Source of the DNA: Planctomycetota bacterium
GTDB lineage: Bacteria; Planctomycetota; GCA-002687715; DRQF01
Assembly (NCBI GenBank): GCA_036479435.1
Contig: JAZGFI010000023.1
Coordinates: forward strand, 1 to 26,960
DNA length: 26,960 nucleotides
Direction: 5' to 3'
Under the pieces are notes generated by a model, which made no database searches, had not been told where the DNA came from, and saw only the letters and a list, made by a program, of their open reading frames with translations. A program made the position numbers and the translations under genes. Positions 18,415-26,217 of this stretch are shown here, in pieces. Positions within the stretch are counted from its first letter, which is position 1. Each line of letters starts with the position of its first letter.

Positions 18415-18715
18415 GCAAGGTTTTGACGCCGGGCTCTACCGCGCACAGCGGTGGCGTGCTGTTCGTCGTTGGTCACTCCTGCTAGGGAGTTTGCTTCTGT
18501 TCGTTGAATGGCATGGCGTGCCTTACCTACGGACGCAGTGGGAGGGTGCCGACCGCCAGAGAATGAGCACAGCACGGTACTGGAGCGTCACGGGCGGCCG
18601 TGTCGAGCGTGTGAACGGCATTGCGCCGCTCATCGCACTGTTCCCGCTCGAGCGCTCGGTCGTTAGCTACGGCAAAGAAGCGCTCGAGGACCTGCTCTCC
18701 CACCTGGAGCGATGA
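18407..18715 (+). CDS. Small membrane-anchored hypothetical protein (102 aa)
   Basis: ATG 18407 (MNEQGF) overlaps the virD4 end; hydrophobic WSLLLGSLLLFVEW. Confidence 0.6.
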   Translation: MNEQGFDAGLYRAQRWRAVRRWSLLLGSLLLFVEWHGVPYLRTQWEGADRQRMSTARYWSVTGGRVERVNGIAPLIALFPLERSVVSYGKEALEDLLSHLER

Positions 18716-18716
18716 G

Positions 18717-19022
18717 ATGGCGAACAAGCCTATAGACCGTGTGTCTGCCACAGAGCAGCTTCGCATTGAAGCCCATGAACGCCTCACCAAAGCGCAGCGA
18801 GGCATCACAGAGAAGCCCGCTGACCGTGAGGCGCGGGCGGTGTACGTCGAAGCACTGCAGAAGATGCGCGATGCGGCGGATCTGAAGGAGCGCGCCCCAG
18901 AGGTGGGAGCGGAGTTTGATCGTGCGCGAAACGGCGTGATCGCTAAGAGGGAGCCGAAGAAGGCGAAAGCTTCTCTATATCTCAAACCACCCGGCCCGTC
19001 GCCCATGGGGACGGCGCAATAG
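18717..19022 (+). CDS. Hypothetical charged helical protein (101 aa)
   Basis: ATG 18717 lies 1 nt after the previous stop, with GGAG upstream. Confidence 0.6.
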   Translation: MANKPIDRVSATEQLRIEAHERLTKAQRGITEKPADREARAVYVEALQKMRDAADLKERAPEVGAEFDRARNGVIAKREPKKAKASLYLKPPGPSPMGTAQ

Positions 19023-19053
19023 CGCCCGCCACTGGTCTCACCGCAGCTTCGCG

Positions 19054-19503
19054 ATGAAGAGCGAGACTACGAAGCCGAGAAAGCCCTGGCAGCGATGCGC
19101 ATGGCGGTGGAGTTCCGCAAAGCCTCGCGTGACGCCTTCGAGCGCTGAGGAATTTGACGCAAGCCGCCAATTCGTGCAACTATGGGCGATGGCGTTTGCA
19201 ATGAGACGAGACAACGAATTCGAGCACTGGCTTCAACCCTTTACGGGTGCGGTCATGCTGCCTGGATACCGTCGTCAGCTCCGCAAGACGACGCGCCTCT
19301 GGTTTGAGCTTTACTGGCAGTTGTTGGCTCTAGGGTTCACCGAACAACAACTCGCGGACCACGCCCTTGAGTGGCGATGGGTCTCAAAGCTGCCGGATGA
19401 TCTCGCCCTCGACCAAGCGGTCATGGATCTCGCACGTGAGTGGGGGATTGAGGTGCGGGACGAGTTCGACCCGTTCACCGAAGCCAACCATCCCCGGCAC
19501 TAG
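19054..19503 (+). CDS. Hypothetical protein
   Basis: Trp-rich helical ORF converging on the relaxase with a 4-bp stop overlap; start uncertain. Confidence 0.55.
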   Translation: MKSETTKPRKPWQRCAWRWSSAKPRVTPSSAEEFDASRQFVQLWAMAFAMRRDNEFEHWLQPFTGAVMLPGYRRQLRKTTRLWFELYWQLLALGFTEQQLADHALEWRWVSKLPDDLALDQAVMDLAREWGIEVRDEFDPFTEANHPRH

Positions 19504-20945
19504 CGCCCACGGTCTTCGTCTCGGCCTTCCTTGCGATCTTGGTCCCGCTGCTTCGCGGCTTCCCGCATCCGATCGAGGGCACTCAAGGCAGTCTTCGTCC
19601 GCTCGTCGGCCGCGATCATCTGAGCTCCGAAGCGTTTCTCCGGCGGCAGAGCCTCCATCGCCTTGCGGTGTTCTGTCCAGGCCTGCTCACGTTCAACCTT
19701 CCGTGTAGCCCACTTCTCGCGAAGGACAGCCGCTGCGGTGCGGTGCTTCAAGATCAGCTCAGCACGCTCACGAGTGAATCGATGGGTAAGGAGCGCTCTG
19801 TCGGCCTGCAGCTTCGCACGCTCAGCTTCAGCGGCACGGTCTCCGGCTGCACGTTGCCGTGCCGCTAGCTCACGCTCTTGACCCTTCTGCGCTTTCTCGA
19901 GCTGCATTTTGCGTGCGCCTCGAGACCACAGGACGTTGACGGGGGCCCGAAGCGAGAGCAACGCCTTCAGGGCGTTGATCGCCTGACCTGCGATGTGTTC
20001 TTCGCTGCGCTCGAAGGCTGTGGTTGCGACTTTGTGCTCGTAGTAGAGCGTGGCCCAGTCGTCCGTGAACGTGTTCCGAGCGCTGTGCGCCGCACGCGCG
20101 ATGCGCTCACCCGCGCCCTCACGGAGCTCCGCCTTGCGAAGCCTGTGAGCCTCTGAGAAGTCGACCCACTGCTGCTTCCTAGCGTCCCGTTCTTGCTTCG
20201 ATTGCTTGGCGAGCGCGGCGTCTTTCGCCCGCTGTTCCGTCCTGACCTCGAGGACAGGCGGTCGGTTGTCGTTCACGCCTGCTTCAAGCTCGTAGACGTC
20301 ACGAGGCGCGCGCTTCTGGCTCGGGACGCTCTCTCCGCGATCCCGCGCTGCGTTGTTGATCGCACGTTGGTCGACGATGATCCCACCGTTCTCCAACTCG
20401 TACTTCTCCGCCCATCTGCTGAGCATCTTGAAGTCATGCCCCGCAGGCAGCATGACGCCGTGTCCTGGATGGACACGGTTCACGACCACGTGAACGTGTG
20501 CGTTGTCGGTGTCTTCGTGCGACACCACGAGAACCTGGTGCTCACTCGCGAACTGATCCCGGGCCGCCACGCGCCCAGCTTTTTTATTCCTACCGCCCTT
20601 CTGCCCGGCCTTTTCACCGAGAACGGCAAGGGAACCGTTGACGGCCCGCATCATCTCTTCGCGGCTCACCTCCTGCCACTCAGCCCAGGAGAGTGTGTAG
20701 TGCAAGACGTGGTTCTTGGACTTCCTTCCGGCGTTCGAGATGCCCGCCTTGTCCTTCAAGCGGGCTTGATCGAGCGCCGTGGCTGCCATGACCTTGGCGG
20801 CCATCATGGGCCTACGTGTGGCGAGGTTCTGGGTCTCCGTCCAGCCCACGCGTTCGGGGTTCTCTTGGCCTTTGCTTCCCTCCATGAGGTAAGCCACGAG
20901 GCCCCGGAAGGACTTGCCTTGCTTGGTTTGAACGACACTAATCAT
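19500..20945 (-). CDS. Relaxase, MOBP/VirD2-like (relaxase/mobilisation nuclease domain)
   Basis: Motif I GKSFRGLVAYL (catalytic Tyr); motif II HYTLSW; HUH motif III HEDTDNAHVHVVVNRVHP; C-terminal coiled coil ending in a DRGR-type tail. Confidence 0.93.
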   Translation of the reverse strand: MISVVQTKQGKSFRGLVAYLMEGSKGQENPERVGWTETQNLATRRPMMAAKVMAATALDQARLKDKAGISNAGRKSKNHVLHYTLSWAEWQEVSREEMMRAVNGSLAVLGEKAGQKGGRNKKAGRVAARDQFASEHQVLVVSHEDTDNAHVHVVVNRVHPGHGVMLPAGHDFKMLSRWAEKYELENGGIIVDQRAINNAARDRGESVPSQKRAPRDVYELEAGVNDNRPPVLEVRTEQRAKDAALAKQSKQERDARKQQWVDFSEAHRLRKAELREGAGERIARAAHSARNTFTDDWATLYYEHKVATTAFERSEEHIAGQAINALKALLSLRAPVNVLWSRGARKMQLEKAQKGQERELAARQRAAGDRAAEAERAKLQADRALLTHRFTRERAELILKHRTAAAVLREKWATRKVEREQAWTEHRKAMEALPPEKRFGAQMIAADERTKTALSALDRMREAAKQRDQDRKEGRDEDRGR

Positions 20946-21483
20946 CGTCGATCATCACCCTCTCAAGGCAGCCCTCGATCTGGTCGCCGAGCTCGCGGAT
21001 GCGAGCGACGACGGCTTCCCACTCCACTGCCGCACGGCGGTTGGTGTGGGAGGCGAGGGCGAGCTGATTGGCGTTGTTTCCGACGCTACTAAGCTCGAGG
21101 CCGAGCGTGTTGAGCTCACTGATGAGAGCCGCTGTCTGCCTCTTGGCAGGCGGCGCGTTCGCGAAGTCGAGCATGCGGCGGACAAGGCCCGCCTCGCTCA
21201 GACCGGCTGCTTCCGCCTCTGTGCGGAAGTAGTCGCGGGAGAAGAGCTCGGCGGCATCGACGCCGCGCTTTTCGAGCGCTGAGATGAGCGCGGGAGTGGA
21301 CTGGGAGCGGGAAGCAGAGGCACCGAAGCCAAGGCGACGACGAACGAATTCCGCTTCGCTAACGCCGTTCAGGCGAGCCTCGTGGCCGAGAGCCTCCTTC
21401 TCGGCCATGGTGAGGTCGGCGCGCGTTGAAGCGAGGCGCTGTTCGTCGGGTAGCTTCTTCGGTCTGCCGGCCTTCCTGGTCAT
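20938..21483 (-). CDS. mobC: MobC relaxosome accessory protein with an apparently duplicated RHH-like segment
   Basis: GRPKK, EARLNGVSEAEFVRRRL, EAEAAGLSEAGLVRRML and ELSSVGNNANQLA; AAGGA SD before ATG 21483; overlaps the relaxase start. Confidence 0.85.
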   Translation of the reverse strand: MTRKAGRPKKLPDEQRLASTRADLTMAEKEALGHEARLNGVSEAEFVRRRLGFGASASRSQSTPALISALEKRGVDAAELFSRDYFRTEAEAAGLSEAGLVRRMLDFANAPPAKRQTAALISELNTLGLELSSVGNNANQLALASHTNRRAAVEWEAVVARIRELGDQIEGCLERVMIDDD

Positions 21484-21506
21484 TTCCTTTCCTACTACCC
21501 CCGCAT

Positions 21507-21747
21507 CCAACGCCGGTTGCGTTGGCCGTCATTCAAGGGGTGGAGCCCTTGACGCGCATCCAAACCGCGCAGGGTTGGGCCAGATCCACCGAGGAAGCGG
21601 TGGCCGTATCCAAACCGGAGGGTTGGTCGTCGCCAGGGTCGAAACCCATGGCGCTCATCCAATCCGCGCAGGGTTGGTCCGCTCCACCGGGACACGGTGG
21701 CCTCATCCAATCGGGACGGTTGGCTGGTTCCAAGGGCAGCGCCCTTG
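21507..21747 (+). repeat. Array of ten short stem-loops with ~25-nt period and ~100-nt super-period
   Basis: Hairpins start at 21507, 21533, 21560, 21586, 21610, 21633, 21659, 21684, 21707 and 21731; eight are closed by CCA...TGG. Confidence 0.85.
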
Positions 21748-21860
21748 CCTGACAAAGCATCCCTCGAGGGATGCGACTCAGGCCGTCGCACATACAACCG
21801 GCAGCCGAAGGCTGACCCGGTGATGCGACGGGGCTTCGTTCGGGGGGGCAACCCCGACCA
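21747..21860. other. Probable oriT region
   Basis: Non-coding and upstream of mobC; 18-bp perfect palindrome GCATCCCTCGAGGGATGC (21757-21774) inside GCCTGA...TCAGGC; nic site not identified. Confidence 0.4.
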
Positions 21861-22351
21861 GACGGCCGCAGGCCGCCGCGCAGCGGTATTTTTCGGTACG
21901 ATAAATATATCTGGCTCCTCGTTGATACTCGGAATTTGCCATAACGGGCTTCATATGTCAAATAGGGGCACCTAAGGGCCATGATCCGCCGCCTGAACCG
22001 CCCTGCTGTCGGGCTCTTACAGGCCGCTCTACCACTCACGGTTGCCGTGGTGTGGACGCCAGGCACCCGACGACGCTCTTCGCGTCTTGGTCGGGTTCGC
22101 ACTGGCGAACTTGCTCCCCTCTGACGCCCTGCAGTCGCAGGTCGGGGGAGCTCCATGAACAGAGCACGTCCGCGCTAGCGACGTCCAGCCCCGCCGTTCC
22201 TGCCTCCTCCGAAGGCTGTGGACAAGCCCGCCCGATCTTCTCGCGGAAAGAGTGACGGTTCGAAGCTCGTCGTACGTTCAGTGATCTGGAAGCGGGGCAG
22301 TAGGAGAAAAAGACGGCCCACCAGGTGGCGGCAGACCGTCAATCCCGGGGC

Positions 22352-22771
22352 CTAGTGCTCCGAAGGCAGGTAGAGGGTCCAACCCGCGCCATTGAAGCCC
22401 GCCCAGATGTCGATTTCCCGCAGAGGGAAGTCGGTGAACGGGATCTCTTGCGTGATGAAAGGCGTCTCGCCCTTGTCGGCTCGTGCCGTCAGCACAGCGC
22501 CCGGGTCCGTCACCTTGAGGTGCCAGAACTGGAGGGTCTCCAGCCGCTCGTCCTGAGCGATCGCGGCCCGCATCTCCGGGCTCCCGAAGTAGCTGGCGAT
22601 CGCATCGATCAGCCAGAACGCCCCGGCTTCTTCCGCCAAGTAGTGAACGCCCTCGGTGTAGACGACGCTGCGACTGAACGGGTGCCGGATGAACTGTTCC
22701 GAGCCCGTGAAGCGCTGCAGGTTCTCGAGAAGCTGCTCGGGTGTGAGGGTTTCTGTTGGTTCGTTCGCCAT
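22352..22771 (-). CDS. DUF6876-like conserved hypothetical protein
   Basis: FTGSE, YTEGVHYLAEEAGAFWLIDAIAS, QEIPFTDFPL, LYLPSEH; AAGGAG SD before ATG 22771. Confidence 0.75.
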   Translation of the reverse strand: MANEPTETLTPEQLLENLQRFTGSEQFIRHPFSRSVVYTEGVHYLAEEAGAFWLIDAIASYFGSPEMRAAIAQDERLETLQFWHLKVTDPGAVLTARADKGETPFITQEIPFTDFPLREIDIWAGFNGAGWTLYLPSEH

Positions 22772-22785
22772 GGTTTCTCTCCTTC

Positions 22786-22893
22786 GTTGGCAGTTGATAT
22801 GCCTGGGAGAGGGCATGGCCTGAGCGAAGGCGAACAAGGGTTTGGCGCGGCCCACAGCGCAGCGAGGACTCGGGCCCTTGTGAGAACCGCGCC
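22786..22893 (-). promoter_or_regulatory. Structured upstream element, copy 1 (ssDNA-promoter/Frpo-like)
   Basis: Homologous to 26494-26608; stems ACAAGGG/CCCTTGT and GGCGCGG/CCGCGCC. Confidence 0.6.
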
Positions 22894-22981
22894 CATGCGA
22901 CGATCAGGTCTTCTTCAACTCTGCCACCGAAGGAGGGAGCCGCTTAGCTGGCAAACAGAACGGCTCCATCACGAGACCGTG

Positions 22982-23989
22982 CTAGGCGGAAGGATTTCCG
23001 TCCGCAGGCCCAGCCTTCGGTGATGCAGAGGTCGCAACACGAAGAACGGTGAGCCCACCATATTCAAGATGGCGGAACACGGTCCGAGCAGCGTCGACTG
23101 TGACTGGCTCTTCTCGGCCTTGGAGATTCTTCAAGTACGTAGTTCGGTCGTACTTGGCACCACCCTCGCGGCTGGTGCCGTGGATCAGACGAAGATAGAG
23201 GTGGTAGTCAGCGATGCTCAGGTTGAAGGGCAGTCGATACACGACCTTCGTGTACTTCCCTCTCGTGAGCCCGCCTAGCGGCTCGTCCTGCTTCCCTTGA
23301 AGAGCCACCGCTCGAAGCATGTGGGCTGCGAACATGTTCGACTCTGTGCCTGTCGCCTGCATGATCCGTTTCCCACGGAATCGCACTGCGAAGCGCACCA
23401 ATGGTCCGTGCTTGCTCTGGACAAGGCCGACGCCGTCGTGCTGGTAGAGGTAGTGGAACTCAAGACCACCAGGAAGCATGTACCACTGGCTTCCAAACTT
23501 GGCGTCGAACTCCGACTTGGTGAAGTCCTCCACAAGTCGAAGCTTCCCTGTCTGCGCCAGAACATGCTCCGCTGAGAACAGCCCCCAGACGCCACGCTGC
23601 TTGAGGGCGAAGTAGAGAGGGAGCCCCAAATCCTCGGCCACCGCCATGCACTTCTTCACTCGACCGGTGCCCAGCTTGAGCAGATCTTTTTCGCTGCTCT
23701 TCACTTCGATGAGCAGCTTCTCGCCGGAGTGCAGCTGTACAAGGAGGTCTGGCGCTGCGGTCCCAGTCAACTGCGGGGCCCCTTCCTCGAACGGGATCAG
23801 GTGCTTGCAGGACCGCAGGAAGTGCAGGATGAGAACGAACTCGTCTTCATTCCGTAGTCCCTCGAGCCGCCGATCCAGATCAACGCCGTCGATGCCGAGC
23901 TCACGGGCAAGCTCTTCTTGCCGCTTCACATCGAGGTAGGGGCAGATGTTCTTGAAGGCCGTGATCTTCTCGATCTCGGGTACGCTCAT
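22982..23989 (-). CDS. PD-(D/E)xK nuclease-domain protein (Hjc/restriction-endonuclease-like)
   Basis: GLRNEDEF...APDLLVQ...LLIEVKS; TGATG coupling to the recombinase. Confidence 0.75.
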   Translation of the reverse strand: MSVPEIEKITAFKNICPYLDVKRQEELARELGIDGVDLDRRLEGLRNEDEFVLILHFLRSCKHLIPFEEGAPQLTGTAAPDLLVQLHSGEKLLIEVKSSEKDLLKLGTGRVKKCMAVAEDLGLPLYFALKQRGVWGLFSAEHVLAQTGKLRLVEDFTKSEFDAKFGSQWYMLPGGLEFHYLYQHDGVGLVQSKHGPLVRFAVRFRGKRIMQATGTESNMFAAHMLRAVALQGKQDEPLGGLTRGKYTKVVYRLPFNLSIADYHLYLRLIHGTSREGGAKYDRTTYLKNLQGREEPVTVDAARTVFRHLEYGGLTVLRVATSASPKAGPADGNPSA

Positions 23990-24963
23990 CAGAGAACGAT
24001 CCTCTCGACTTCGTCGAGCGTCGCCTCTTGGCGGCGTCTGTCGTAGAGCTTCGTCGTGCGCGGTGAAGCATGCCCCGCCATGAACTGCGCGTGCTCTAGC
24101 TGGCCGTCGTTCTTCAGATAGGCCGTGATCCCAGTCGCCCGAAAGGTGTGGTTCGTGAACTGATCGCCAAGGCCTGCGGCCTTGCAGCGTCTCTTGACCA
24201 TCGCGAGCGCTTCGTTCCGGTGGAGCCGGTTTTCAGTGAAGCCGTTCCGGCGTCGATTGATCGTTCGGAAGAGCGGGCCTTCGGTTTGACCGAGCGCCTC
24301 GAGGTAGGCCTCGAGGTATTCGATCACGGTGTGATGAGCGGGCATCTGCTGCTCGCGGCCGCCCTTCTCCTCAAAGCGAAACATCATCCGGCGACCGACC
24401 TGGAAGTAGTCCTCGAGGTCGAGGCCTACGACCGCGCTGACGCGGGCGAAGGTGTAGACCATCGTCCCCAGGAGGGCGCGATCGCGAAGACCGATCAGCG
24501 TGCTCGGGTCGATACTCTCGAACAGAGCACGGGCGTCGAAGCCCTCAAGAACCGGCGTCTTGCCGGTCGTCACGACGTGTTTCGGTCCGCGCACGTCGAG
24601 CGCAGGGTTCCGGGGTAAGACCTGGCGCACCACGAGGAAGCTTCCGAGCATCCTGATCGCGGCCAGGTGCTGCTTGATCGTCGGTGTGGAGTAGCCCTTG
24701 GGCGGCTTCGCCGCCGGGCTTCCCATCCACTCGACGTAGGCGGAGACGTGAAACGCCTCTACGGCCTCGAGCGTGGTTTCGCGCTCGTCGAGCCACGTCA
24801 AGAAGCTCCCAACGGCCCGCATGTAGGCCGCGCGGGTGTTGGAGTTCCTGATCTGGGCGGTGAAGAAGTCGAGGAAGGCCTTCTGGCCCTCGTTACCCAG
24901 TCCGGCTGCCGCCGGGGGCAGTAGGAAAGAAGAGGTGGGCTTCGCGGGCAGGTGTTCGGTCAT
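23989..24963 (-). CDS. Tyrosine recombinase (plasmid resolvase-type)
   Basis: RNSNTRAAY, LRDRALL...FARVSA (R), EKGG (K), HTFRATGIT (HxxR), AGHAS, TTKLYD (Y); likely start ATG 24963. Confidence 0.95.
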   Translation of the reverse strand: MTEHLPAKPTSSFLLPPAAAGLGNEGQKAFLDFFTAQIRNSNTRAAYMRAVGSFLTWLDERETTLEAVEAFHVSAYVEWMGSPAAKPPKGYSTPTIKQHLAAIRMLGSFLVVRQVLPRNPALDVRGPKHVVTTGKTPVLEGFDARALFESIDPSTLIGLRDRALLGTMVYTFARVSAVVGLDLEDYFQVGRRMMFRFEEKGGREQQMPAHHTVIEYLEAYLEALGQTEGPLFRTINRRRNGFTENRLHRNEALAMVKRRCKAAGLGDQFTNHTFRATGITAYLKNDGQLEHAQFMAGHASPRTTKLYDRRRQEATLDEVERIVL

Positions 24964-25025
24964 GAGGGCCTCTCGGTCTGTTGTGGCCGACCGGCACGTG
25001 TGGGCGTGCGATCGACCCCCCCCAC

Positions 25026-25055
25026 TGTATAGCATAAACGACGTTATGCAATACA
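25026..25055. other. dif-like tyrosine recombinase core site (12-6-12)
   Basis: TGTATAGCATAA-acgacg-TTATGCAATACA, one mismatch between arms, just upstream of the recombinase. Confidence 0.7.
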
Positions 25056-25103
25056 TTCAATCCCGATGGGGGACACACTATCCACAGGCCCTCAAGGAAG
25101 GGC

Positions 25104-25139
25104 TTGCTCCGAGCCGAAAAGGGTGCTATCGTGATATCA
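25104..25139 (+). promoter_or_regulatory. fitAB promoter/operator, probably leaderless
   Basis: TTGCTC (25104-09), 17 bp, TGn-TATCGT (25127-32), 6 nt, ATG; overlapping imperfect palindrome TGCTATC-gt-GATATCA. Confidence 0.6.
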
Positions 25140-25393
25140 TGGCTCAACTAATCGTACGCAACCTCGAAGACGACGTCCGCGACAAGCTCAAGCAGCTTGC
25201 CGGGGATCACGGTCGTTCTATGGAGGAAGAAGTGCGTGCGATCCTGCGCGAAGCTGTGCTTCGCGCGAGCATCGAGCCACAAGGCAAGCTGGGCTCACGC
25301 ATCGCGGCACGTTTCAAAGAGTGCGGCCTCGAGCCCGGCGAGATCACCGAACAGAAAGGCCAGGCCGCGCGCCCGGCTGAGTTCAAGCCGTGA
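25139..25393 (+). CDS. fitA: FitA-like ribbon-helix-helix antitoxin
   Basis: MAQLIVRNLEDDVRDKLKQLAGDHGRSMEEEVRAILREAV; GTGA overlap with the toxin. Confidence 0.9.
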   Translation: MAQLIVRNLEDDVRDKLKQLAGDHGRSMEEEVRAILREAVLRASIEPQGKLGSRIAARFKECGLEPGEITEQKGQAARPAEFKP

Positions 25394-25809
25394 TCATCCT
25401 CGACACCAACGTCATCTCTGAAGTGATGCGGGCCGAGCCCGACGAAGCCGTAGTGCGGTGGTTCGACCGTCAACCCGCAAGCTCGGTCTGGACGACGTCT
25501 GTCACCATCTACGAGATCGAGTTTGGACTTCGACGCATGGCCGAAGGCAAACGGCGCAACACCCTCGAACGATTGTTCCGGGAGCTCATCTCTGAGGAGC
25601 TAGGTGGCCGCATCCTCTCTCTCGACGCTGAAGCCGCGCTTGCTTCGGGCGCTCTCGGCGCGGCCTTGCAAGCCAGTGGGAAGAACGTCGATGTGCGTGA
25701 CGTGCTGATTGCAGGCATCGCCCGCGCACGTCAAGCGACGGTGGCCACGCGCAACGTCTCGGACTTCGAGAACTCTTGCCAGGTCCTCAACCCCTGGGAA
25801 GACGCCTGA
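25390..25809 (+). CDS. vapC: FitB/VapC PIN-domain toxin
   Basis: MIILDTNVISE, EIEFG, DVLIAGIA, VATRNVSDF, NPW. Confidence 0.95.
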   Translation: MIILDTNVISEVMRAEPDEAVVRWFDRQPASSVWTTSVTIYEIEFGLRRMAEGKRRNTLERLFRELISEELGGRILSLDAEAALASGALGAALQASGKNVDVRDVLIAGIARARQATVATRNVSDFENSCQVLNPWEDA

Positions 25810-25958
25810 TGGAAGACAGCGAAGAGCAGAAGGTTGAAGCGCTACGCGCTGCATTGATCGAAGGCGAAGAGAGCGGCGGCGCAGGCCCTCTCGATACGGA
25901 GAAGATCAAGCGTGACGCTCAAGTCCTGGCTGGTCTCCCCCCCACCATGGACGAGTGA
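25809..25958 (+). pseudogene. Truncated ParD-type antitoxin (C-terminal half only, 49 aa)
   Basis: EQKVEALRAALIEGEESG..PLD matches the C-terminus of ParD1-type antitoxins; RHH N-terminus is missing and no parE is recognised; TGATG coupling to vapC. Confidence 0.6.
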
Positions 25959-26217
25959 AATTTGACAGACGGCCTCGATATGTCGTATCGGTGTCGGATG
26001 TACGGAACACTCGAAGGAAGAACAAACGGCTCCACGCTCTCGATGCGTTGGAAGGCGGCAACGAAACCAACCGCGCCAAGGCGCGGGGGTCCTAGCAACC
26101 GTCCCGGCCACAAGCCGAAGTTCAGACCAGCAGCGCGGCCGAAGTTCCGCCGCCGCTTCGCGCGGCCGAAGCGCTGAGGACCCGGCATCCCGGTCGAGCC
26201 CCCAGGCTCACCCTCTC

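Noticed and set aside
18717..18743. N-terminal similarity of MANKPIDRV to MTNKPIDTL (26478 gene)
   Set aside because: Limited to five residues; the rest is unrelated, so probably chance.
21507..21747. CRISPR array
   Set aside because: No identical repeats separated by unique spacers, and no cas genes.
20193..22156. ORFs 20193..21092, 21284..21823 and 21533..22156
   Set aside because: Shadows of relaxase/mobC or read-through of the hairpin array; the peptide repeats only mirror the DNA repeat.
23989..24963. Integron integrase with gene cassettes
   Set aside because: No IntI-specific insertion evident and no attC-like sites recognised; sequence fits plasmid resolvase-type tyrosine recombinases.
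25962..26177. parE remnant downstream of the ParD fragment
   Set aside because: No ParE-like motif recognised; the ORF is Arg/Pro-rich and looks spurious.
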